From the NCBI GenBank assembly GCA_025558095.1, contig JAIVFI010000028.1, positions 62,001-126,000 on the forward strand: 64,000 nucleotides of DNA. The letters run 5' to 3'. Below the pieces are notes generated by a model. That model had not been told where the DNA came from. It searched no databases and saw only the letters and a list, made by a program, of their open reading frames with translations. The stretch's first letter is position 1. Every line of letters begins with the position of its first letter. The translations under genes and the position numbers were made by a program. This DNA comes from Hyaloraphidium curvatum SAG 235-1 (taxonomy: Eukaryota > Fungi > Monoblepharomycota). Positions 1 through 9,447 of this stretch are shown here, in pieces.

Positions 1-902
1 GCCGGTCTCGGGGTTGACGTACGACACCTGCACGCGCTCCTCGCCGGCCTCGGCCAGCGCCAGCAGCGCCGCCTTGGCCTCGGCCCAGGGGTAGCGCAGC
101 ATGGGGTAGGGATCGGCGGCGCGGCGGAAGGCCGGGGTCGGGAGCACCCCGCCGCGGGCGTAGAGCTTGTCGCCGCGCTTGGCCGTGTGCCCCTGCCTCG
201 AGCCCTCGATGACGTACGACGCCTCGGCGTAGTACACGAGGGGCAGGTCGAGCACGTCCAGCCAGACCACGGGCTCCGAGCCGGCGTGCTCGTGCTCGTG
301 CCACTGCCCCGTCGGGGTGAGGATCAGGTCGCCGCGCTCCATCGGACACTTCTCGCCCGCCACGACGGTGTAGGCGCCCTTGCCCTCGACCACCATGCGC
401 ACGGCGTTGGGGGTGTGCCGGTGGGCGGGTGCGAACTCGCCGGGCAGCAAAAGCTGCATGCCTAGGTAGATCGACGGCGACGCCTGCATGTTCTCGAGGC
501 CGCGGCCGGGGTTGGCGAGGACGAGCACGCGGCGCTCGGCCTTTTCCATGGGGGTGAGCTCGCCGGCCTTGAGGAGCAGGGGGCGGATGTCCTTGTAGGC
601 CCACGCGGTGGCCTGCGTGCGTCGCGAGGGCACGCCGGGGGGGAGGACGGCGCGGAGGGATGGCCACAGGGGGACCAGGTTGAGCTTGGTCAGGTCGTCG
701 CGGTAGTCCTGCAATGGGACGAAAGAGTCAGCACGATTCTCAGCTTCAAGGGCAGTCGGCCGCGCACCTGCGGCAGATCTTCGAGCCGCCCGAGGGCCGG
801 CAGGTCCGTGATGGTCTCCTGCATCTTGCCGGCCGCCTTGGCGGCGGCCTGCGGGGCGACAGCGTGCACGCCGTTGGCGACTTCCTGGGTGACGGGGGAC
901 AT
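1..902 (-). CDS. Gentisate 1,2-dioxygenase (cupin, NagI/GtdA-like); 3' end runs off the window
   Basis: Exon 1 is 902-768, a GT-AG intron is 767-709, and exon 2 runs from 708 past position 1. The spliced protein reads LGRLEDLPQDYRDDLTKLNLVPLWPSLR...AERRVLVLANPG...QLLLPGEFAPAHRHTPNAVR...GDLILTPTGQWHEH, with the cupin His ligands typical of proteobacterial gentisate dioxygenases. Confidence 0.92.
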
Positions 903-1172
903 GCTGGTGTGCGTCGGGTACTCCGGGTGGTGAGATGCCGTTCCTTCGGGCGAATCGCTTCGGGCACGGGCGGCGTTGACTGCCTCCCGCTGCTTTAATG
1001 ACTCAAGCGTTGCCCCCCGACGGCTGCATGCGGGAGTGGCGAGGGGGGCGAAGCTCCGTACGGGGGGCAAATCGAGAGGGACCTTTAACCCCCGGTTCGG
1101 ACGGACGGCAAACCTCGTATCCTCCAGCTCACATCTCCACTCGTTGCACTCGGCACTCATTCGCCCGAAGCC
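903..1172. promoter_or_regulatory. Bidirectional promoter between gentisate dioxygenase and 3-hydroxybenzoate 6-hydroxylase
   Basis: 270 nt separate the divergent ATGs (902 and 1173). The region contains a perfect inverted repeat TTGCCCCCCG (1010-1019) / CGGGGGGCAA (1061-1070) and a CGGACGGACGG run. Confidence 0.6.
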
Positions 1173-4100
1173 ATGTCGAGCCTGAACGTGCAGAAGCCGG
1201 ACGTCGACGTCGGTGCGTCCCTTTCTCGCCGCGTCTGTATGTAATGAGGAGCTAGCAATCCCACCGTACACTTAGAAATCCCCCTACGCCCCAAGAATCA
1301 GCTCCTCATCTACATTCAAACCAAATGCGACCGGCGCGGGGGCCGGAGCGTTGACAGCGGCGGCTTCGGTGCACAGCTGAAGCCAGTGTTGGAGTTGGGC
1401 CGCGACGCCAAGAGCCCAGGCCACCGCGATCCGTTCGCGGAAGCGCCGCACAAAACGAGAGTAAAGGCCATCGAGGTCCACGGGCTGCCCATCGCGGCCG
1501 ACGATCCCGGGATACTGGATGCGCCCCATCTCCGAGGAGAAGCGCGAGAAAGTGGCAGAGACAGCGCTGTACGAATCAAAAGCAAGCACGATCAGAGGGT
1601 AGAAGTTGGCGTTGAAGACGAAACGGGAGTAGTCCTTCCTGGCGGCCTCGACCCGCCGTTCGACTGCGTGGCCCGGGACCGAGAAGACCAGGCCCGTGTG
1701 CAAATGGGCCATAGAGGTGAGGGTCTTGATCTCGAGCAACCACCGTTTCCGGGTTTCGCGGTGCGTGATGAGAACGTCGCCAAGGCGGCCAGCATCCGCA
1801 GGCGTGGGCGGGGTGACAGTCTCGTAGCCATGTGCAAGGAGGTTTGGCGGCATGGGGTGCACGCGGAGGAGCGGGATGGAGCGAAGCGCCGCGCGGATGG
1901 CCGCGCAAATGTCGTCGTGACCAGGACTGAAGAGATCCCGGCCATAGCAGCCCGAGAACGCGTGCTCCCCCGTCAGCGACATGGCCGATCGCTTGCAGCC
2001 CCGCCGGCAGGGCAAGGAAAGACCAGGGTAGTCGGCCTCGTGCAGGAGCGGGAGGCAAAGCCGGAAGCGTACAAGTAAGCGGAAAAAGTTGTTGCGAATG
2101 TGGTTGGCAAGCAGCGCGGGAGAGGCAGTCAGGAAAGCCGACAGGCCGTCCTGCGCCTGGACGAGCCGCTTGCGGCGCTCCAGACCAGCGGAAGTGGTGG
2201 GTTGCAAGGCAATCAGAGCCGCGAGGCGGCGCTGGTCCTCGAGACGCGTAAGGTCGCTCTGCAGGCCGTGCCAAACCGGCTGGGCGAAGAAACTGGCGTC
2301 CGCAGGGAGCGTACGGCGGGCGGGCGCGGCGCCCACCGGTTGCCCAGCACGCGCAGCCTCGGCGTACGCTGCGGCCGTGTCATCCTCGACACGCTCAAAG
2401 GCGGGGCGGAGGGCCTCGATGACGGGAACCAGTTCCCGCACGTGCTCCACGCCCACACCCCGGGCCGAGGTTCGAAGACCAAGCATGGCGTCCAAGGGGC
2501 CCGCCGTGAGGTTGAGTGAAGACAGGTAAGCCGCCGAGGCCACCTTCTCCGATGACAGAAGCCCCATCCCCGAGTAGTGCAGACCCAAGAATACCTGCTC
2601 CCGCACAGTCCGACCCTCCACCGACAGCGGATCCAGATCCTCGGCCCGATCTCCCAGCAAGCGCAAGAAGGTGGTGAAAAGCGCGTTGTCAAGACGTCGA
2701 GCAAAGGGTTGGGTAACCGAGGGGGGGAGAATGCGGAGCCAAAACGAGAAGAGCTGGGTCACACAGAGACGGAGGAGGGAGTACAGGCCCTGGAGGGAGG
2801 GGATGTCGGCCGGCATGGCGTAGCCGAGCGCAGCGCGCTCGATTTCATCGAGAAGAGCGGCAATGGAGTCGATCTTGGCCGCGAGGAACGACTCCACATA
2901 GGCAGGGGTGCCGACCGGGGCACCTAACACCTTGAGGCCGCACGAGCGAGCGAAGTCAGGCGAGCCCGGGGCCGACGCCGTGGCATGCGCCTCGGGGTCG
3001 GCCTCGTGAGGCGGGAAGCCAGCGACGCGGATGTTGTGGGCCGCACCGGCCGCGCGCACCCGCTCCAGCACGGCCGGGTTCGTCGAGAGCGAAAGCAGGT
3101 AGCTCTTGTCCGGGCGGTGGGTCATGCCGAGGGAAGCAAGGCTGTCACGCACCTCTCCCAGGACGGCCATGACCGAGTCCAGCGGCCCGACCACGGTGAG
3201 GTCGTCGAGGTACCCAAGGATGAGGCAGTCGGGGTGCCCAGAGCGGATGGGCCGCAGCATGCGGCTCATGGCGCAGGAGAAGATGGCAGACGACAGCGGG
3301 TCGCCCTGGATGTTGCCCTCGTACATGGTGATCCGGAAAAGGAGCTCCGCCGAGCGCCGGTCGCGGAAGTAGGCGTGGGAAGGGCGCGAGTAAACGAGGT
3401 TGTAGTACGGGATAAGCTGAGGCACCTGGCGGACCACCTCGCGCGCGAAGAGGCGGCGCAGCGTATTGAAGGCGTTCCTAGAGTCGACCTTCATGACGAC
3501 GTGGTCGGGGAAGGCCGCCAGCCACGCGTTCACCGCGTGGGCGGTCGCCTCCGCGCCCCCGTCCACCCCGTGACCCAGGTCCTCCTGCTGTTGGAGCTTC
3601 CTCAGAAGAGCCTTGTGCCGCACGGCCAGGTACGAGCCCGCGAGCCGCGTGATGCCCTCCATAATGCCAATCGGCCGGAGCCCCCCCTCCGGCTTGAGCA
3701 GAGGGACGAGGATTTGATCCGTGAGGAGCGGCCGGAGCATGGGGGTGTCGAGTCGGCCAGTGCACACGCCGTGCACCATGGCCGCCAGCGGGCGGAGCTT
3801 CCGTCGCGTCGCGTCGTTCTCGCAGTTGTGCACGATGAAAAGTTTGGCCATGCTGAAACCCGACATGCCGGCCCCCACGCCGTCCTTCTTCCGGCGCAAC
3901 CGGGCCCAGATGTCCTCCAGGAAAGCCGCGTCCGTGTAGGCAGGGCAGGGCGCGGGCGCGTTGGGGGGCAGAGACAGCCGACACAGCGGCTCTCCCTCCC
4001 GCGGCCCCGGGTACAGCTCCTCCAGTTCCGCCTGCAGCGTGGGCGTGAAGCCAGCCGGAACGGCCTCCCCCGAGAGCGCCGCGGACGCAGCACCAGGAGC

Positions 4101-7100
4101 GCCCTTCAAGGCGGCAAGCACGATGGCCTTGAAGAGCTGGTAGTTGAGCGGCCGCAGCCCGTCCCGCCGCGCGCCCCGGTTGACCTGACGGGCGGCGAAG
4201 TAGTTCTGCTCGTACATGTAGTCCCCCGACATGACGTAGCCGCCAAACGCAAGGTAGGCGGTGAGAGTGCGGTGCAGGTCGGTTTCCGGTGCCGCCGGGT
4301 CCTCGTAGGCCCGTTGGAAAGACTCGCTGGCCCGGAAGGCGAGCGTGCTCCAGGTGGTGGTCCGGTAGCGGTGCTTCAGCGGCTCCGGCGGCGGCGCCCC
4401 CGCGCCCCCGCCCGGCGGCGGATCAGGCCCGGGACCCCCGGGTGGACCACCGTCGCCTGGGTCGCCCGGATCACCGCCGTTGCCGTGCCCGCCAGCCGCG
4501 GCGTTGCCGCCCGGCGCGCCGTCGCCGCCTGGGGGATCACCGCCGTCCGGGGCGGCACGCGCCGCCGCCGCCGCCGCCGCCAGCGCCGCCCGTTGCGCCT
4601 GGACGTCCTGCGGGGCGTCGGCCGCAACCCGGGCGGCCGCAAGGGCCGCCATCAGCGCGGGCGCGGGTGGCGAAGCACGGGGAGATGCCGACGATGCCGC
4701 CGGTGACGCCGGTCCCTCCGCGCGTCCCGTGGCAGCCGCCCGCTCGGCACGCACGCGGTCGAGGAACTCGACAAGATCGGGTGGAAGCGAAGCTAAAGAG
4801 ACGCCGAGTGGCGGGTTAGCTGCGTCCGGGTTGCACGAGGTGTGCTGTCCAGAAACACCGGCACCAGAGGCGTTTGCGGCGTAGGGACGCCGGCAACCCC
4901 CGCACCGCGCGAGCCCCATGGCGCGCAACGCATCGGCAGACAGGCGCTGCATCGCCAACCAGTGCTCCGGGCTCCGTGTGACCCGAAGATGACCGTCCCG
5001 TTTGTTTTTGTTTGGAGTTGGCTGGAAGCGGCAACCATCAACCGGGCACGCATGGAGGCCGGGTTCAGCAGGCGCCTCCGCCATCGGCACATCGCCGTCG
5101 ATGCAAGATTGGTGATGAAGAGATAGAGCTCCGATGTTGGCGAAAGCTGCCGCGCAGCGGTGGCAGCTGTAAGGCAGGAGCGGCGTGCGGCTCATGGCGA
5201 ATACGGTGGCGGCGGCGATGCCGGTGTCCCGCCGCCAGGATCAGCTACCGCGGACGGTGCTTTGTCCGACGAGATATCCCAATCGTCGAGCGCATGTGTC
5301 CGCATCCAAACCTCCTGTGACTCGGTCAGGTCGCCCCCCGCCCTGTGCCAGGCCGCAAGCGCCGACCACGCGTCACCGATAGCATCACGGCCGCCGTCAT
5401 CGAGGAGCTCGGAACCTGGCCATTCGAGGTGCGCCGGCGAACCGGGCTCCGTGTGAGCATACCAAGGAGGCAAGGTGCGCGTCGGAGTGGATACTTCCGA
5501 GGAGCTCTGCCCCCCCCCGGCCGTTGGTGCCGGCGGCGTGCCGGGGGTTGTGCGGGGCGGCGCAGGCGGCAGCTGCAAGCTCGGCACGGCGGTTGCAGCT
5601 GGGGTTTCCCACGGAGGATGGCCTGGGTGCGCCGGGAGCATGGAAGCGGCCGAAGCCGGGGCATCAGCGATCAAGATCGGCGATGACGAGGAGGGAGATA
5701 CTTCCGAGCGTGCCGCCCCTTTCCCCCCCGCTGGTGCCGGCAAGCGGGAGGAGCCGCGGGGCGGCGTGGGCAGAGTGTGACCCTCGGCCAAGCTAGGCAA
5801 GCGTCTCCCAAACCTCTCAGAACTGACTTCCGCCCCCTCCAGTCGTTGTCGGCGGCGGTATCGGCGGCCTCGCGACCGCTTTCGCGCTCACCCGCAAGGG
5901 CCTCAAGGTCCGCGTGCTCGAACGCGCGCCCGAGTTCGGCGAGGTCGGCGCCGGCCTGCAGATCGCGCCCAACTGCACGCGCATCCTCGACGACTGGGGC
6001 CTGCTGGACGAGGTCGTCAGCCTCGGAGTGCTGCCCGAGAACATCGTCGCACGCGATGCGATCACCGGCAAGGAGGTGGGGATCCTTTTGCACCGTCATC
6101 TGGTGCACATCGCTGATCACGCCTCCGGTGCAGCTCACCCGCCTTGACCTCAAGGACTGCGAGCGCCGCTACGGCCACCCGTACCTCGTCATCCACCGCT
6201 CGGATCTGCACGGCGTCTTTCTACGCGCCTGCAAGCGCGTGGGCGTCGACCTCGTCACCAACGCCGCCTGCACCGGCTACGAGAACGTCGACGGCGGCGC
6301 CGTCGCCAAGTTCGGCGACCGCACCGAGCGCGCCGAGCTCGTCATGGCCGCCGACGGCATGCACTCCGTCGCCCGCCCCCTGCTAAGCGACGACAAGCCC
6401 GTCTCGTCGAGCTACGTCGCCTACCGCGGCACGCTCCCCGCCGACAAGGCGGTCCGCGAGCTCGGCGTCTCCCTCAAGGACGTCGTCGTCTACGTCGGGC
6501 CCAAGTGCCACCTTGTGCAGTACCCCCTCCGCGCGGGGGAGATGTTCAACCTCGTCGCGGTGTTCGAGTCGCCCAAGGCCGTGCGTGGCGAGGCCGACTG
6601 GGGCACCCCCGACGAGCTCGACGGCGCGTTCGCCAAGACCCACCCCGGGGTGCGGGAGTGCCTGCCCAACATGTGGCGCGACAAGTGGTGGCGCATGTTC
6701 ACCCGCGAGCCGATCATGGACTGGGTCAAGGGCCGCATCGCGCTCACGGGCGACGCCGCGCACCCGCCGCTGCAGTACCTCGCCCAGGGCGCGGTCATGG
6801 CCATCGAGGACGCCTGGGTACTTTCGGAGCACGTGGGTCTTGCGGGCGGGCCCAAGGGGTCGGCGAGCAGGGGCACCGCGACGGGGATCCCGTGGGAGAG
6901 GGTGCTCCAGGCGTACAACGCGGTGCGGCCGGAGCACTGCCGCCGCGTGCTCACGACCGCGTGGATCTGGGGCGACCTGTGGCACCTTGAGGGCGAGGCG
7001 CGCGAGTGGCGCAACAGGGTGTTCGAGGAGCGCGACACCCACTCGTACGACTACGTGGATTGGCTGGTGGGTTTCTCGCGCTTGGGCCTGGCGCTCTGTT

Positions 7101-7269
7101 CACCTCAGCTCACCTCATCCTTCCTCCTCCGCAGTACGGACCCACCGCGCTCTACCCCGAGCACGAGAACAAGATGTTCGACCCCAAGGCCTACGAGAAC
7201 CAGTCCTCCAAGAAATCCCCGCCTGCTGTGCGCCGCGACTCTTCGCAGGGCTTCGAGGCGCGCCTCTGA
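1173..7269 (+). CDS. 3-hydroxybenzoate 6-hydroxylase-like FAD monooxygenase (4 exons; intron 1 carries the retrotransposon)
   Basis: Exons are 1173-1212, 5843-6075, 6134-7066 and 7135-7269. Joining exons 1 and 2 restores [24 protein letters not shown] (GxGxxG). Further motifs are [23 protein letters not shown] and [21 protein letters not shown]. The protein ends in -ARL. Confidence 0.88.
1284..5195 (-). CDS. Retrotransposon ORF2: N-terminal zinc fingers, reverse transcriptase, CCHC knuckle, REL endonuclease (1303 aa)
   Basis: Zinc fingers are CHRC..H..C, CPVDGC..H..H and CGGC..H..C. RT motifs are [27 protein letters not shown] and KVLGAPVG. The C-terminal part has CRRGC-x10-H-x4-C, GHDD, GDVLI and LEIK. 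There are no stops or frameshifts. Confidence 0.93.
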   Translation of the reverse strand: MSRTPLLPYSCHRCAAAFANIGALSLHHQSCIDGDVPMAEAPAEPGLHACPVDGCRFQPTPNKNKRDGHLRVTRSPEHWLAMQRLSADALRAMGLARCGGCRRPYAANASGAGVSGQHTSCNPDAANPPLGVSLASLPPDLVEFLDRVRAERAAATGRAEGPASPAASSASPRASPPAPALMAALAAARVAADAPQDVQAQRAALAAAAAAARAAPDGGDPPGGDGAPGGNAAAGGHGNGGDPGDPGDGGPPGGPGPDPPPGGGAGAPPPEPLKHRYRTTTWSTLAFRASESFQRAYEDPAAPETDLHRTLTAYLAFGGYVMSGDYMYEQNYFAARQVNRGARRDGLRPLNYQLFKAIVLAALKGAPGAASAALSGEAVPAGFTPTLQAELEELYPGPREGEPLCRLSLPPNAPAPCPAYTDAAFLEDIWARLRRKKDGVGAGMSGFSMAKLFIVHNCENDATRRKLRPLAAMVHGVCTGRLDTPMLRPLLTDQILVPLLKPEGGLRPIGIMEGITRLAGSYLAVRHKALLRKLQQQEDLGHGVDGGAEATAHAVNAWLAAFPDHVVMKVDSRNAFNTLRRLFAREVVRQVPQLIPYYNLVYSRPSHAYFRDRRSAELLFRITMYEGNIQGDPLSSAIFSCAMSRMLRPIRSGHPDCLILGYLDDLTVVGPLDSVMAVLGEVRDSLASLGMTHRPDKSYLLSLSTNPAVLERVRAAGAAHNIRVAGFPPHEADPEAHATASAPGSPDFARSCGLKVLGAPVGTPAYVESFLAAKIDSIAALLDEIERAALGYAMPADIPSLQGLYSLLRLCVTQLFSFWLRILPPSVTQPFARRLDNALFTTFLRLLGDRAEDLDPLSVEGRTVREQVFLGLHYSGMGLLSSEKVASAAYLSSLNLTAGPLDAMLGLRTSARGVGVEHVRELVPVIEALRPAFERVEDDTAAAYAEAARAGQPVGAAPARRTLPADASFFAQPVWHGLQSDLTRLEDQRRLAALIALQPTTSAGLERRKRLVQAQDGLSAFLTASPALLANHIRNNFFRLLVRFRLCLPLLHEADYPGLSLPCRRGCKRSAMSLTGEHAFSGCYGRDLFSPGHDDICAAIRAALRSIPLLRVHPMPPNLLAHGYETVTPPTPADAGRLGDVLITHRETRKRWLLEIKTLTSMAHLHTGLVFSVPGHAVERRVEAARKDYSRFVFNANFYPLIVLAFDSYSAVSATFSRFSSEMGRIQYPGIVGRDGQPVDLDGLYSRFVRRFRERIAVAWALGVAAQLQHWLQLCTEAAAVNAPAPAPVAFGLNVDEELILGA
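5192..5641 (-). CDS. Putative retrotransposon ORF1 (Pro-rich, ~149 aa from ATG 5641; frame open to the element end at 5800)
   Basis: The open frame ends in a TGA (5194-5192) that overlaps the ORF2 ATG (5195-5193) as ATGA. I recognise no domain in it. Confidence 0.4.
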   Translation of the reverse strand: MLPAHPGHPPWETPAATAVPSLQLPPAPPRTTPGTPPAPTAGGGQSSSEVSTPTRTLPPWYAHTEPGSPAHLEWPGSELLDDGGRDAIGDAWSALAAWHRAGGDLTESQEVWMRTHALDDWDISSDKAPSAVADPGGGTPASPPPPYSP

Positions 7270-7485
7270 GCGATGAGTAGGAGATTGGACGATCCGAGTT
7301 GGTAATGGCTGCCCACGCACATGTGACTTTTGATGAATTGCATGATAGAGATGATCGCCTTACAGTTTCCGGCCCTTCGAATGCATCGCAGGACTTCGTC
7401 GTGCTCATCAGCCTCGAAGTTGTGGCAACGCCTTCGGCTGACTCGTCTGCTCTTCGTTTGTCCCCCACCTCGCTTCTTTCCGAAC

Positions 7486-9246
7486 ATGACGGCCCCAAAC
7501 GGGGACCGCAGCGCCGATGCCATCGCGTCCGAGTGGCTCGCCGCTTTCGGCAGCGCGCTTTCCGTGGGCGCACCGGCGGGGATCGCGGCGTGTTTCTCCC
7601 CGGAAGAGGCGCACTGGCGCGACATCCTCGCCTTCTCGTGGGACATCCGCACGACTTCCGGCGCCGGAAAAATCGCGGAGCGGCTTGCCGAACTGCTGCC
7701 CCCCGCGAAGCCGCGCGATTTCCGGTTCGCCGAGGGCCGCACGCCGCCGCGGTCCGCGAAGCGCGGTGGTCGCGACGTGGTCGAGGCCATCATCTCCTTC
7801 GAAACCGCCGTCGGACCCGCGTTCGCCGTCGCTCGGCTCGTAAAGGAGGGAGATCGTCACGCCGCTGTCTCGCTAATGACGGTCCTGGACGAGATCCGCG
7901 GGCACGAAGACCCGGCAACGGGCTCCCGCTGGCAGAACGTGGATTGGAAAAGGAACTTCGGGGGTGAAAACTGGTTGGACAGGCGCAACCGCGCAAGGGC
8001 GTACACCGACCACGATCCTGCTGTATTGGTCGTCGGTGCCGGCCAGGCGGGGCTGTCGCTGGCTGCCAGGCTGACGCAGCTGGGCATTGACGCGCTGGTC
8101 GTGGACCGAGAGAAGCGGATCGGCGACAACTGGCGCACGCGGTACCACGCGCTGACGCTGCATAACGAAACGCGCGTCAACCACCTGCCCTACATGCCCT
8201 TCCCCCCCAACTTCCCCGTCTTCATCCCCAAGGACATGCTGGCCAACTGGTTCGAGCTCTACGCCGAAGCCATGGAGCTCAACGTCTGGACCGAGACGGA
8301 GCTCTCGCACGCCGTGCGTGACGAAGCCGCCGGTTGTTGGACTGCGGTCCTCAAGCGCGCCGACGGCACCGAGCGGCTCATGCGCCCCCGCCACGTCGTC
8401 TTTGCCACCGGCGTCTCCTCCATCCCCCTCACCCCCGACCTCCCCGGCCTCTCCTCGTTCAAGGGCACCGTCGTCCACGCAGGCCACTACGGCAGCGGCC
8501 TCCCCTGGCGCGGCACGCGCGCGCTGGTCGTCGGCACCGGCACGTCGGGCCACGATGTCGCGCAGGATCTGACCGTCTGCGGCGCGCATGCCACGCTGAT
8601 CCAGCGCAGCCCGACCATGGTCGTATCGCTCAAGGAGGCCCAGTCGGCCTACGCGCTCTACGACGAGCCCATCCCCTTCGCCGACAAGGACCTGCTAGCC
8701 GTCTCCACCCCGTTCCCCATCCTGCGCAGGGTGCACCAATCGCTCACCGCCGCCGCGCGCGACGCCGATCGCCCGCTGCTCGACGCCCTCGCCGCGCGCG
8801 GGTTCCGGCTCGCCTTTGGGCACGAGGACACGGGCTGGCAGATCATGTACCAGCAGCACGGAGGAGGGTACTACTTCAACGCTGGTGCGTCAGAGATGAT
8901 TGCGGATGGCGCGGTTGGGCTGCTGCACTGGGATGACCTCGAGGCGTTCTGCCCCGAAGGGGCAAAGATGAAGGACGGCACCGTGGTACCCGCCGATCTG
9001 GTCGTCCTGGCGACGGGATACGCCTCGCAGCGCGAGACGGCCCGGCTGGCGCTCGGCGACGCGGTGGCGGAGAAGATCGGCCCCATATGGGGCTTCGACG
9101 ACGAGGGCGAGCTGCAGAACATGTTTAGGCCGACCCCGCAGAGGGGGCTGTGGTTCATTGCGGGGAGCCTGGCGCAGTGCAGGATCTTTTCCAAGGTGCT
9201 GGCGCTGCAGATTAAGGCTAGGGAGCTCGGGATCGTGGACGGGTAG
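7486..9246 (+). CDS. Flavin-containing monooxygenase, type II (N-terminally extended), intronless, bacterial-like
   Basis: Motifs are VLVVGAGQAG, GDNWRTRYHALTLH, the FMO fingerprint FKGTVVHAGHY, VVGTGTSGHD and LATGY, preceded by a ~170-aa N-terminal extension. Confidence 0.88.
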   Translation: MTAPNGDRSADAIASEWLAAFGSALSVGAPAGIAACFSPEEAHWRDILAFSWDIRTTSGAGKIAERLAELLPPAKPRDFRFAEGRTPPRSAKRGGRDVVEAIISFETAVGPAFAVARLVKEGDRHAAVSLMTVLDEIRGHEDPATGSRWQNVDWKRNFGGENWLDRRNRARAYTDHDPAVLVVGAGQAGLSLAARLTQLGIDALVVDREKRIGDNWRTRYHALTLHNETRVNHLPYMPFPPNFPVFIPKDMLANWFELYAEAMELNVWTETELSHAVRDEAAGCWTAVLKRADGTERLMRPRHVVFATGVSSIPLTPDLPGLSSFKGTVVHAGHYGSGLPWRGTRALVVGTGTSGHDVAQDLTVCGAHATLIQRSPTMVVSLKEAQSAYALYDEPIPFADKDLLAVSTPFPILRRVHQSLTAAARDADRPLLDALAARGFRLAFGHEDTGWQIMYQQHGGGYYFNAGASEMIADGAVGLLHWDDLEAFCPEGAKMKDGTVVPADLVVLATGYASQRETARLALGDAVAEKIGPIWGFDDEGELQNMFRPTPQRGLWFIAGSLAQCRIFSKVLALQIKARELGIVDG

Positions 9247-9447
9247 AGTGTGGGCGGCAAGTCGCGATCTGTACGGGGAGAGCGCCGTCCATCAGTGTGT
9301 GCCTGCATCCATGTACAAAATCAAATCGAATGGCAACCTACTCCGATATGTTGTAGTTCGGAGAGGATCCGAATGGCGGGCTTGGGCTTGGCGTCATTCT
9401 CGCGCGGCCAGCGCAAGTGGCGACATCGCGAGAACTCCCTCTTCGCG

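Larger units (their letters stand above)
1237..5800 (-). mobile_element. Non-LTR retrotransposon, CRE-like (RT + restriction-like endonuclease), 4,564 bp, 6-bp TSD
   Basis: It is flanked by the direct repeat GCGTCT at 1231-1236 and 5801-5806. Removing the element and one repeat copy gives a normal 60-nt intron. It encodes an intact RT-REL ORF. Confidence 0.9.

Noticed and set aside
5700-5800. HDV-like or hammerhead ribozyme at the element 5' end (GGC-TCCTCCC-GCT resembles HDV P3/L3; a GAAA is present)
   Set aside because: I could find no matching P1 strand, no P1.1 GG and no catalytic C in J4/2, and there is no CUGANGA core. It is reported only as a stem-loop.
5777-5842. ORF-track start of the monooxygenase at 5777
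   Set aside because: This stretch is element end plus intron sequence. The true first exon is 1173-1212.
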